Positions 11,176-23,208 of a stretch of DNA of 64,000 nucleotides are shown here, in pieces; position 1 is the stretch's first letter; every line of letters starts with the position of its first letter. The stretch covers positions 62,001 through 126,000 of the forward strand of contig LSRY02000044.1 in NCBI GenBank assembly GCA_001643675.2, written 5' to 3'. Below the pieces are notes generated by a model, which worked only from the letters and a program-made list of their open reading frames with translations, did no database searches and was not told the DNA's origin. The position numbers were made by a program, and so were the translations under genes. This DNA comes from Monocercomonoides exilis PA203. Taxonomy: Eukaryota; Protista; Preaxostyla.

Positions 11176-12804
11176 AAATTTAATTTTTTATGTAAATTTT
11201 ATTGTGTTGTATTATTGTTTGATAGAAAGAGTTTTTTGTTTCAAGTTTTTTTTGTTCATTCATTAACTGAGCATGCCGTTTAATGTCATACTAGTTGATG
11301 ATGCTAATATGTTAGAAGTTTTTTATTATTTTTTTAATCATATATGTAATTGATGAATAAACACCAACGAACATTTTAACGTGAAAAATGTATGGTGTTA
11401 AAACTTTTTGATTTTTTGATTGTTATTGAACATTTTATTGACTAAAATTCATAAATGTGGAAAAATGAAATCATTTCTTAAAACTGCTTTTCATTTGTTT
11501 CCTTTCTCCTTTTAAAAAATGTGAGATTTTCAGTTGAAGTTATGTTCATATCAGAAATCTGAACAATAAAACATTAAAATGAGATGTTTCGATGATGATA
11601 AATGCAAATAGAAGAATTTAGATTTGCAATAACAGAAAATTAAAACAAAACAAATTAAAAAATCGCAAAAAAAATAAACGAATATAATTATTAAACTTGT
11701 AAATCCAAAGTCTCTCCAAATAAAACAAGAAAATTTTACACAAATGAGATGAATGCATAGAAAGCAACTGGGTTGGAACAATTGTTAAATCAAACATTCA
11801 CAAGTGGGAATCACATCACGAAGATAAAGATAAAATGAAATATCATTAAAATGTTCCTATAAAAGTAGATTTATAAAACAAATACATATGTTTGCTAATA
11901 TTTCTGGAAATCTGAATTTGCAATGAATTAAAAGCAACTGCTTCAAAATGGTTCTTTTTAAAAAAATGAATAAGTTCGTAAAGCAAAATCTCAACGTACA
12001 AAAAAATACAAATAAAACAGAAACATAAAAGAAGAGATTTTCTTTTGTAAATGAATAAAAAGAACTGTTGTAAATTTACATGATAAGTAGAAAGAGAAAA
12101 TAAGGTGATTTTAAAAAAATAAATAATCCTAATCTAAGAAAAAAGAAAAAAAGAAAAAGAAAATAAAACAGTCAAAAATTCTTACCATGGTAAACATATG
12201 TTTGATATCTGAATAAAACAATGTCGCGATTGTGGACATAAGCTAATTAGTGAACAAAAGAAAGTGAATTACTATTAACTAGAAAGTTAACGAGAATGGG
12301 AGAATATCAGAAGCAATTACATAGACAATAAGAAATAAAACAAAATAACTAACAAAATGCTTATATCTAATAAACAACATGTTCAAAATGTTGTGCAAGC
12401 ACTTGTGATACATTCGTCAATACTATTTAATTGTAAATGAATGAAAAGATAAGAAGGTACATTTGAAGGATATACCCAATAACTATGAAAACTTGCTCAA
12501 ATATAACTTTTCAAGAAATTATAAATCATTTTTCGTTTAAATCTAAACTAAAAGAAAAGATTGAATGTAGAATAATTAGGCTAATAGATATAAACTTTCT
12601 GAACAAAAGAAAATTGGTGGCATTTGTACAGCTCATACAGTAATTATACCTTTGACTCAATTGAAAATCTCTGCTATCTTCGCTATCTCGAAGAGAAACC
12701 CTCCAAATTTTTAATTTGGATGGCAACAGCATCGATATTAAGTCAAGAAAATAAGAAGAGAAGAGATGACTATTTAACTATCACTATAAGATTGATGCGA
12801 GAGT

Positions 12805-15800
12805 TCAAGAAGTTCGAATGGTGGAGACAATGGACTTCTTAAGAAGGCGGCACAGCGGTGCAATGACTGACAGGACAGCCAGAACAACAGATAGTAGCAG
12901 AATCAGGCCGACAAGCGGGAAAGGGAACGTAACCTGAACAGGAAGGAACTGGATCACAGCAAACTGGTATGCAATGACACATCCAACAAACAGCCCAGTG
13001 ACAATCCCGATGAACGCAGCTGTGACCACAAGGATAAACGCCTCTTCAGCATACACACGCGCCAGCTGAAAGCGCGACAGCCCGATTCCTCTCAAAATTC
13101 CGACTTCTTTATGCTGCTCCATCACGTTCGTGTGCATCGACGCCATCAGAGAAAAGAAGCACAAGACCATCACCAGAACGGTGATCCCCATCAGAATCAG
13201 GTTCACCATGCTCATTGTGGAGTTCATCGTTCCTTTGAAGTCGTCGTATTCCCAAATAGACAGCTTCGACGAAGGATCTGACGGATCACAGCGGAACATC
13301 TTGAGTTCATTCAGCAGTTCAATCTTCCTCTCCTGTGTAGCGTTGAGTTTATATGTAATAAACACCTGGTTGAATTTGAGGTTGTCGAATGATGTTGTTC
13401 CTTTTTCCTTGCCTAGAATGGAAAGAAACGAAGGAATCGAAAACGGTGCTCTGATGTAATTGCCAAATTTCATCGGCTCGAATCCGTAAGAGAAAAACGG
13501 GAACTGCTTTGCATATCCAGTTGCAGTCACGTTGAATGATGAGACAGCATTCGAATAAGAGATATACGAATTGCTGTTGTACAATATTTCTATCAATTGC
13601 TGATACAGCGCCTTTCCAAGTTCCTCCAAATAATGCTTGGAATTTTTATCCAAAATCGGAATGGCTTTCTTCTCAAAGGGAAGGAGCGACAGAACACGCG
13701 GCTCAAATGAGTCGCCTGCCTTCGCTCCCATCATCTCGCGGAAGCTGTCTGGAAGCATCGTCCGCACTCCTTCTCCGCTTCCCTTCCAGTCAGAAGCGAT
13801 CGACGGTGTGGCTGTTTCTCTGTCTGACTGCCCAGTATACAAGTCGCGTATGATGTTGGCTCCGCCGCCTGTCCAGCTGTCGGTGATCTGAATATACGTC
13901 TGATTAATCGCATCCATAAAGTTCGGTGTGACTCCGTACATATCCAAGTAAAATGAATGCGACCTGCCTCTGTTGGATATTTGCGTCTTGACTGGCTCTG
14001 AGTACAGCGTCTCGAAGTCGTGTGTAACCCAAGCTACGTTCTGCACAACATCTGGATATTTGTCAGTGATTGCCTCGAGTTCTTCGGGATGCACAATGTA
14101 TGCAGCTTTGCTGTCTGCTCTCACGTAATCCTTCGTTGCCCTTAAATGCAAGTCTGTGCCGTGCTCCATATATGTCGTTGTCCTGAACCCGCTGAGCACC
14201 TCGGAGAATGCGATAGACAGGAAGATCACAAAAGAAAGCGCGCCTGAGAACAAGAGGCTTGTCTTTCTGTTGCGCAGGCGGTGGGAGCCCAAGTTCGTCA
14301 GGGCCAGCGATCTCACAGCACTCGACTCCCAAAACAGGAAGATTGTGGCCAAGGCCTTCTCGAAAAGATACTCCAAGTTCATCAGAAGAGCAATCACACC
14401 GAGCAGCGTTATGAACAGCAAGAGGAAAAAGATGATGGAAATCCGCGGAAAGTCCAGCGACAGCAGCGCGTCTGGCATGATCAAGTAGACAAGGCCACCA
14501 ACGACTGTGAATAGGATGCCGCTGAACACAGCCATCCAGGGTTTCTCATAATCCTCTGAGCGTTCGATGGTCACGTGGATGACTTTGCTCTTGGAGTGGT
14601 TCCTGTCGATAGCGTCGTGCAAGTTCTGCGACAGCGCCGAGCGGATTGGGAAGAACACAGACAGCAGTGTGAGGCCGAACGCTACTGCTGCTGTGATGAG
14701 GATAGCCTTGACAGACAGCATTGAGCTCAGCGGAATGTGAGACGTCTCAACCAGCGCGCGAATAACAACAGTGTTCAAGCCAAATGCACCTCCAATGCCA
14801 AACAGCAGCCCAGGGACGGAGTAAGTGAGCGCCTGGACAAAAATGAGTCCGACTGTGTTCACCTTGTTGAATCCGATCATTCGGAGCACGCCGATCTCGA
14901 ACACACGCGTGTCCACAGAAATCTGCAGGAGCGAATACAGCAGCAGCCCAGAAAGGCAGACGAGGGTAGCGATGATAATTGTCGACATCATCGAAAACAG
15001 CATGCTGAGCATCCCGTAGTTGTCCATCACGCTGGCAATGCGGAGACTTGCCTGCAGCTCATCAAACTGAAGCGTGTATAGGATCTTTGATGCCCACGCG
15101 ACCAGATCCGCCTTCACTCCATCTGTGTCAAATGACAGATAAGTCTTGTGCCTCGGCTGTGCTGCCGAGAAGATGAATTCTGTGACATATTCGCGAATGT
15201 TTGCAGAGTACCAGTACCAGCGCGGCACGAATATAAAAACATCTTTTGGTAGTGATTCGATAACAGACTCCCAAAACCAATCAAGTTCCATAAAAACTGC
15301 ATCACGCACAGCTGTTTTCTGCAGCGGAGTTTCAACAATCTGTTTTGTTTATTGTGGAAGAAAAAATACATTGTACATAAAAAATTAGAAGAAATAATTT
15401 TTGAAGCAGAAAGGTTAATTTTTACTTCAAATTTTGTGATCATACGTCAAAGACTTTAACAGATATATTGATTTCTTTCATCATTGGAAGTACTGAAGAT
15501 ATTGCAGAAGGATTCCCTGATTTCACCACATCAGCAGTAATTGGAGAAAATCTTGCACCATCAATGGTAAGTTCGATAGAATCCCCAATACTCACATCTA
15601 ATTGTCTAGCCACAGAAGACGTTATAATGGAATTTCCTCTTGGAATTGGTGGAGATGCCCATTGACGACCTATGTCCAAGTCACGCTGAATAAATTATTA
15701 TGAAAAAGAATGTATTTATAGCAATTAATTATTTATTAAATTTACAAAAATGGAACGGAAAGCAATAAAGATGTTTTTTTTTTTAATAAAAATAGCAATC

Positions 15801-16505
15801 AATACCTCTCTGCTAGTATCAATGACAAGCAATTGAGTATTCGATGCACTTACAGTTCTGAATTTTTATCCAGTCAATAATAATTATGATTACAAAAGTG
15901 TACAATAAAAAATGGAAACGCAAACGTATTAGGATTATACGGGTGCGATGCAGTAACGATACGAGGAGAAAACGTTGCAAGCTTTTTGAAAAATTGTTTA
16001 ATTTGGAATCAATAAAAAATAAATCATAAATTCACACAGCTGGATCAGTTTCAGCAAGGACCATGTTAGCCAACGTTGAATTTAGTCCATATTTATCTGC
16101 AGAAGATGCAGCAGTTATGCGAAGATCGATTTCTCCAGCTTGATCCTCAGAAAGCATCAAAATGACAGCTGGAAGATTATCGCTAACAGTGACAACAAGA
16201 GCTGTGACAATGCTCACCAATAATACACTGTGTGATAATGCAAAAGTAAATCCAAATTTCATTTTGAGAAAACACATTTAAAACCTCAAAAATCCCCAAA
16301 TGTAACTACATGTTGACGATTGAATTTCACGTACACTTTCAATCAAATAAAAACCACAATTCGTGCAACATTTAGTTTTATATAAGCCCTGACTAGAATA
16401 AAATTTTTGTTGTGCAGCTGTCATTAATTGCGAAGAAAGTGTCGCGTTTTCGGATGATAAATGTGAAATATAATAATGGTCTTACTAACTCATGTCGAAA
16501 CTCAT
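12805..16505 (-). CDS. FtsX/MacB-like ABC-type permease with two FtsX TM modules, about 1073 aa, 7 exons
   Basis: Two FtsX-type motifs (VDTRVFEIGVLRMIG; VMEQHKEVGILRGIGLSRFQL), each followed by TM helices. GT-AG splicing gives one frame: exons 16505-16490, 16417-16285, 16227-16038, 15981-15926, 15857-15806, 15685-15446, 15339-12805. The 5'-most exon and start codon are uncertain. No ATPase domain is present. Confidence 0.85.
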
Positions 16506-17273
16506 TATTCTATCTTTATCCTGCAGCAAACATCTGTAAATAATAACAACAAGTTTTAAAGATGTTTAACAACATTTTTTGAATTACTCGAATATCTTCA
16601 AAAAATAAATTGGAATTGATCAAAAAGTAGATGATAAACAATTCTTTCCCATGAATTAATGGAATAACGAACATTTTTAAGAAATCATCTTCAACAAATA
16701 AATAGTATACGTGACTCGAAAAACTAAATCCTTGTGTTTTGCATCATTCCGCTTCTTATCGACTGAACAATCAAAAATCAAACTTTCTTATTCAACAGAA
16801 ATCCTGGCTTGAATATTTTTTTCATTTTTAATAAGACAATACAAAATTAAACATAGTAATTGATATGTATTTTTATTAATGAAATATCATTAAATGAAAA
16901 AATAGGAATAAAATAATCAATTAATTATCTCCATTAACATCCAAAAAAATTTAAAACTCCCTTCTGATTCAATCATTTTTAACTGGTGTCTAACAAGTTA
17001 AATCGAATATCTCAAATGAAATGCTAATTTTTCGTGGAAAAAACAGTTCAAACGATAAATGGAACTTTTTAACTTTTTTGTACAATTTTCGAAATCACTA
17101 GTTTCTGAAATTTAAATACATTTGAAACGTCTTTTTAAAAGATTATTTTTCGTATTTTTATTTTATCTTTCATTTATAGAATTTTTATTAAAAATGTTTT
17201 TGAATAGAATAAATAATAATTATCAATAAAACTTCCCATTCTAAACCCACAACTTTAAACAGAAATTACTAAA

Positions 17274-17760
17274 TCAAATTTTAATGTATTCACTCCGGCG
17301 AACATCCAGGTCATGCGCTTCTTGTAGATTTTTGGATAAATCCAAAATCTATCGCAAAGCTTTCTGGAATAAAAAAGAAGTGAAGAAATTCTTGTTCCAG
17401 TCGAATGACCCGATAGAAATAATGTTGCCACTTTTCATGACTTCATTTGTTATATCGAATTTCATTACCAGAACTTATAAGTTAGGTAAATTTTAAAAAA
17501 TGGCTTCTTCTCTTCTTATCCTCCTTTCTCGAAAGTTAATAAATGGTTGAGATCTAAAAACTCAAACCATAAGTAAAGAAACGTTTTTAAAAATTATCCA
17601 TTACCATTTCAACTAGCCGGAAATTTTGATCAACAATTTGTCATTATTAATCTTCATTTCATGGATGAGTTGTTCATTTATTGAATAAAAACATTGTTCC
17701 ATCAGTTAAACAACATTCAGCAATCTTTATCTTATCCATATTTTTATGAAATACTCTCAT
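17274..17760 (-). pseudogene. Probable two-exon pseudogene fragment with in-frame stops
   Basis: Coding-like frame MRVFHKNMDKIKIAECC...ISG*LK, a phase-compatible GT-AG intron at 17604-17554, then SQPFINFRERRIRREEAIF*NLPNL*VLVMKFD...KALR*ILDLSKNLQE. No frameshift, but 5 internal stops. Confidence 0.3.
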
Positions 17761-18044
17761 TTCTTGTTCTAATCTCGCATCAATTAATAGTATTTATTAA
17801 TAAACAAAATTCATAGGTTTTTTTATAAACATTTAATTTATCACTTCAATGATTAATTCTAATTCACAATTTCTACCAAAAAGAAAAAAAACTTTATGAT
17901 AAAATAATCATATCATTCTTTGAATGGATGAATAAATGAAAATAACGAGAATTGATAAGACACTCAAACTGTCATTATCGAAAAAATATTTCAGATTTAA
18001 ATAACTACTAAAACAATCTTTTCCTCTTCGCAAAACCAAGTTAT

Positions 18045-21000
18045 TTACTTAGCAGCACGCTTTTCCTTGATGGCGGCTTGAGCAGCAGCAATACGAGCAA
18101 CAGGAACACGGAATGGAGAGCATGAAACATAGTTCAAGCCAACACGGTGGCAGAATTCAACAGATGAAGGCTCACCTCCATGTTCACCGCAGATACCGCA
18201 TTTCAGGTTGGGCTTTGTTGTTCTTCCTTTTGTAACAGACATCTTGATCAATTCACCAACACCATTTTGATCAAGAACCTGGAATGGATCTTTTTCGTAG
18301 ATTCCTTTCTCCAAGTACAATGGGATGAATTTTCCTGCATCATCACGAGAATATCCAAGAGTTGTCTGAGTAAGATCGTTTGTTCCGAATGAGAAGAAGT
18401 CAGCATATTGAGCGATGTCATCAGCACGGATGCATGCACGTGGCAATTCCATCATCACACCAACAGTGTATGGAACACGTTCAATGGTGAGTTTGTGTTC
18501 TTCAAGAACCTTGTTTGCAACACCAACAGCCAATTCACGCAGCATTTTCATTTCTTCCATATGTGCAAGAACTGGAATCATGATTTCAACACCTTTGAAG
18601 TTGAAGTCAGCTCTTGATTCAACAACTTCGCAAGCAGCTTCCATGATAGCACGAACCTGCATGCGGCTGATTTCTGGGTAGACAACACCAAGACGGCATC
18701 CACGGAATCCAAGCATTGGGTTGGTTTCGTGCATGTTTGTGCACAAAACTTTAATTTTCTCAACTGATACGCCCATTTCTTTTGACATCTCTTCCATTTC
18801 TGCTGGTGTTTGCGGCAAGAATTCATGCAGTGGTGGGTCAAGAAGACGAATGTTCACTGGAAGTCCTTCGTTGACTGTGAACAAATCTTTGAAGTCTCCC
18901 TTCTGGAGTGGAAGAAGCTTGGCCAAAGCGACCTCACGTCCTTGAACGTTTTCTGACAAGATCATTTCACGAACCGCACGGATTCTTGTTCCCTGGAAGA
19001 ACATGTGTTCAGTTCTTGCTAGACCAATACCTTCAGCACCAAATTCACGAGCTTTCTTGGCATCTCTTTCAGTCTCAGCATTTGTTCTTACACCAAGTCT
19101 CTTGAATTCGTTAGCCCAGTTGAGGATTGTTTCGAAGTTCCCTGAAACTTCAGCATCCTTAACTTGGACTTTTCCAGCATAAACTTGACCGGTTGATCCA
19201 TCAAGTGTGAAGAAATCTGAAGGTCCAAATTTCTTGGATCCAACTGAAATTGTCTTTGTAGCTGCATCAATATGGAGGTCACCGCATCCGCAGACGCAGC
19301 ATTTTCCCATACCACGAGCAACAACAGCAGCATGGCTATAAATGAAAAATGAAAAAAAATAATGATATTAAATAAAAAATATTGAGATTTTTGAAAATAA
19401 CAAAAAATTGAAAAAATTAACGGATGTCTCAGTCCCTGTTGAGCTTGAAAAAACATTCCACATGATTTATTTCAGTAAGGAACGTTTTAGGTTTGCATCT
19501 TGTAACACCCATGTTTTCAAAAATATACTTTTCTTTCTTTTTCTCAATAATACCATATTCTTATATTATCACAAATATCAAACCTTGTCATTCCACCACG
19601 AGCAGTGACAATACCCTTGGCCAAGTTCATTCCTTCAATATCATCTGGGCATGTTTCCTCACGGCACAACAGGACGTCTTTCTCGCCTGCTGAAACGCGT
19701 TCTTTCACTTCTTCAGCTGTGAATGCCAATTTTCCAATGGCAGCACCAGGTGAAGCTGGAAGACCCTTTGCCAACACTTCGAATTTCTTCTTGTCCTCAG
19801 CATCAAGTTGTGGGAAGAGAAGTTGTGTGACGCTGTTTGGTTCAATGCGCATGATGGCATCTTCCTTTGTGATCAGTCCTTCCTTCACCATTTCGACTGC
19901 AATGCGAACAGCTGCAGCTGCAGTACGTTTTCCAGATCTGCATTGGAGCATGAACAATTTTCCTTCCTCGACTGTGAATTCCAAATCTTGCATATCCTTG
20001 AAGTGTTCCTCGAGTTTGTGGAACACATCCATGAGTTGCTTGTATGTATCTGGAAGTTCTTTCTCCATGACGCTGATTGGATGAGGAGTACGAATACCAG
20101 CAACGACATCTTCTCCCTGAGCGTTAAGAAGATATTCACCATAAGCAACATTTTCACCAGTTGATGGGTTGCGAGTGAATCCAACACCAGTTCCGGAAGT
20201 CTCTCCTGTATTTCCGAAGACCATCATCTGAACATTCACAGCTGTTCCAATAAGTCCACGGATATCGTTCAATTTACGATATGCAATTGCACGTGGGTTC
20301 ATCCATGATGAGAACACAGCATCAATGGCCATACGCAATTGTTTCTTTGGATCAGTTGGGAATTCTCCTCTTTCCTTTTGAATGAGAGCGCGGTATGCAA
20401 CAATGACTTCATCGAGTTCTTCGGTGGTAAGATCTGTGTCGAGCTTTTTCCCGTGCTTGTTTTTGATTGTGTTCAATTCTTTTTCGAATTTGTCATGTTC
20501 AATTTCCATGACAACATTTCCAAACATTTGCATGAAACGACGATAAGAATCAGCAGCAAAACGAGGATTGTTTGTTTTCTTTGCGAGTCCAGCGCGGGTG
20601 TCATCGTTAAGTCCAAGATTGAGGACTGTGTCCATCATACCGGGCATGGAAACAGCTGCACCTGAACGAACAGACACAAGAAGAGGGTTCTCAGGATCAC
20701 CGAATTTCTTTCCTGATGATTTCTCCAACTTGATCAAGTGCTCGTCAATCTGCTTAACAACATCTTCTGGAAGATCCTTTCCATATTTGCATGTTTCAGT
20801 TGTAATTGTGAAACCATATGGCACAGGCAATCCAATCTTGCTCATTACTGCAAGACCATATCCTTTTCCTCCAAGAATCTCTTTGGAAGGCTAAAGAGTT
20901 AGAATTTCGATAAATCAAAATTTTTGACAGAACGAAGTTACATTTAAAATGAAAGCAACGTTTAACATAAAAAAGACAACGATCATTAATTATAAAGAAT

Positions 21001-21055
21001 AATCTATATGACAAACATTAGGATGCTCATCAAACATAAAGACATAGCGTGTCAT
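18045..21055 (-). CDS. ppdK: Pyruvate, phosphate dikinase (878 aa, 3 exons)
   Basis: Exons 21055-21017, 20890-19584 and 19335-18045 join in frame. Motifs: LGGKG, LLVSVRSGAAVSMPGMMDT, NAQGEDVVAGIRTP, phospho-His motif GGMTSHAAVVARG (restored by splicing), GIGLARTEHMF, FFSFGTNDLTQ, CGICGEHGG. Confidence 0.98.
19422..19510 (-). ncRNA. Intronic box C/D snoRNA (89 nt), predicted 2'-O-methylation guide for LSU rRNA
   Basis: Lies in PPDK intron 2, sense to the host gene. 7-bp terminal stem GGGUGUU/GACAUCC; degenerate box C AAGAUGC (19501-19495); D' CUGA (19475-19472); C'-like AUGUGGA; box D CUGA (19432-19429) abutting the stem. The guide UCAAGCUCAACAGGG is a perfect 15-nt complement of the conserved eukaryotic LSU rRNA sequence CCCUGUUGAGCUUGA. 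Confidence 0.85.
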
Positions 21056-21208
21056 CTTCTCTTCGATCTAACTTCAGAAAAATCCGAAGTCAAATGCGGA
21101 ATTTATGAGTGAGAACAAATAAATATATTAAGTGTCGATCATCTCAAAAGAACTTCAATTTTCTTTTAGAATTATTCAATTATACAAATATTTGATGACG
21201 AATAAAAG
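21056..21208. promoter_or_regulatory. Probable bidirectional promoter between PPDK and the SRR1-like gene
   Basis: About 150 bp of AT-rich sequence separates the head-to-head start codons. The SRR1 start is inferred. Confidence 0.4.
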
Positions 21209-22930
21209 ATGAAGAGTTGCAGTAGAATTTTGGATTTCAAAAATTTTATGACATCTTCGCCATTTTATGAAAGAATAATTTGTGTGACAAATGTTTAGTC
21301 TTTTTGTTTTTATTAAAGAAGATAGCGTTTTTTAATGCATTTTTCATAACGTCTCAACTTAGGAATATAGAATCGAAAGTTAAAAAGAATGTTAAAACTC
21401 TTGTATGCTATGGATTGGGGAAAATATCTTTTGATCATGATGCGCAATGGCAAATGGCATTTTCACTGATTATAAAAGATCTTTTTCCAAATGTGTGTGT
21501 TCTGTAGTTTGTATGGCTGGTGAAATTTCTAATATTTGATACGAACTTAGGCTTTACCTTTATTTTTTGATCCTATGTGCGAGCACGAAGATGAAGAAAT
21601 TGCATTTAATTTAGGATTTCACATTCTTTCTTCAAATTTAGGAGGACGTCTACCTTTGGGTAATTTATCTCACACAGATATCATAAAAAAGTGGGTCAAA
21701 TCTGTTCATTCAAAAGATTCTGATTCTTTTTTGCCGGAACAAGACGATGGTAAAGCAAAACAGCCGAAGTCATATCCTTCAACATCTGGCGTAACATTAT
21801 TTTTTATGCCGCACTGTGGTCAGGCTATCTTTTGTAGAGTTCTCTTATCTCATCTTTTTCAGACCTGTTGTCATTCAAAGCCTGAAGATTCAAAAGCTGC
21901 AACATTTCAGTCATTGTTCGATCCACAACTTGAACAATGTGCGATAATAGGAAATTCGATACGATTTCATTCAGAATTTATTGGGTCGGGGCGCAAAGCA
22001 TCTAAAAAGCGCTGTCTTCTCTCTGTTTTGTATTCGAGCTTCATTCAGCCGCGCCTTGTTTCTGAGCCAATTCCGCTACTGTGTGACATAAAGCCGAGTA
22101 ATCCATTGGAGCATAGGGAATCAGAGATTGGAGCATCCACTTCAGTTCCAAAGTCAGATTCGATTCTTCACGAAAAAGATGCTATTTTATCTTCAGCTGC
22201 GACAATACTACAGCCTCAGATTGGAAAAGACGGGTTGCTGTTATCAACTTCTCCAGCAATGGAAACTTATTCTTCTTCCTCCTCTTCTTCTTCTTCCTCC
22301 TCTTCTTCTCCTTCCTCCTCCTCCTCTTCTTCTTCTTCTTCTTCTTCATTAGCATCCACTTCGAGCGAGTCTTCCTCCTCTTCTCTGTCAGACATTTCAC
22401 CTTCACTCATTCCACAATCGCTCAAATACAATCCATTTTCGTTCGATTCTCATCAATGCTCTGAAAAGCTCTTTCCGAAAGAGGCAGGAAATGCCTTTTC
22501 TCAGCTTTTCCTGCATCTTTTCCAAACTCCGCGGACGACTGACGGAAGTTCGGGTGTTTGTGCTCCAAGCGACGCACAAAAAGATTGTTGCAAAGGAAAA
22601 GAAAAGAAGAGAAGGAAAAGAATGTCAAATCTTATCGTTCCAATGAAAGATGAAATTCTTTTGGATGATTCGATTCAACTGGAGCAGTTTTCTGGTGAAT
22701 CAATTTTGGAAAAAATTGCATTTTCACCAGAAGAGAATGGAATGTCTTTTCCGATCTGTCCTTTATGCAGCCAGCAAAATGATTCGGATCAGCCGTTTGG
22801 CGAAGATCTCAATGAAGTTAATCTATGTTCAAAAAGTTGTTCATCAAAACAAGCGAAGAAGCGAAATGATGCGGATGATGGATGGTCAATTGCGGGTGAA
22901 TGTATTAAAAAAGGAAGGAAAAGAAAATGA
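21209..22930 (+). CDS. SRR1/BER1-like domain protein with Ser-rich C-terminal extension
   Basis: SRR1 motifs VCYGLGKIS...AQWQMAF, FFDPM, TLFFMPHC and IIGNS. Intron 21493-21550 joins the ORFs in phase 0. The first exon and intron (ATG 21209, intron about 21282-21325) are tentative. Confidence 0.8.
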
Positions 22931-23208
22931 AAGAGGATTTTTTTTCAATTGGGACGAAATTTTGAGCTTTCTGAATTTTGTTCCATTCTACTCCAACAAA
23001 TATTTTTCTCAAATTTTAAATTTATCCACTTTCTTTTAAGACGTGGTAATGAAAGACTTATTATGATAAGGTTGGAGAAATTTTTTGGAACAAATTGTTA
23101 TTTTTTTTCATAAATGAAAGAATTTTTCCCCAATTAACTTCAAATAAAAAAAAATTAATTCATTGTTTTTATATTGGTTTTTACGATCAAAAATTAATAA
23201 AAAGCAAA

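Noticed and set aside
11500-12740. Possible small multi-exon membrane-protein gene on the minus strand
   Set aside because: Splice-like signals are present, but I could not assemble a stop-free frame. Left uncalled.
19434-19448. LSU rRNA fragment on the plus strand
   Set aside because: Only 15 nt match, and it sits 1 nt from a box D on the minus strand, so a snoRNA guide explains it better than an rDNA insertion.
18045-20890. Bacterial contamination or a split PPDK gene suggested by two separate ORFs
   Set aside because: GT-AG introns join the parts into one full-length 878-aa enzyme.
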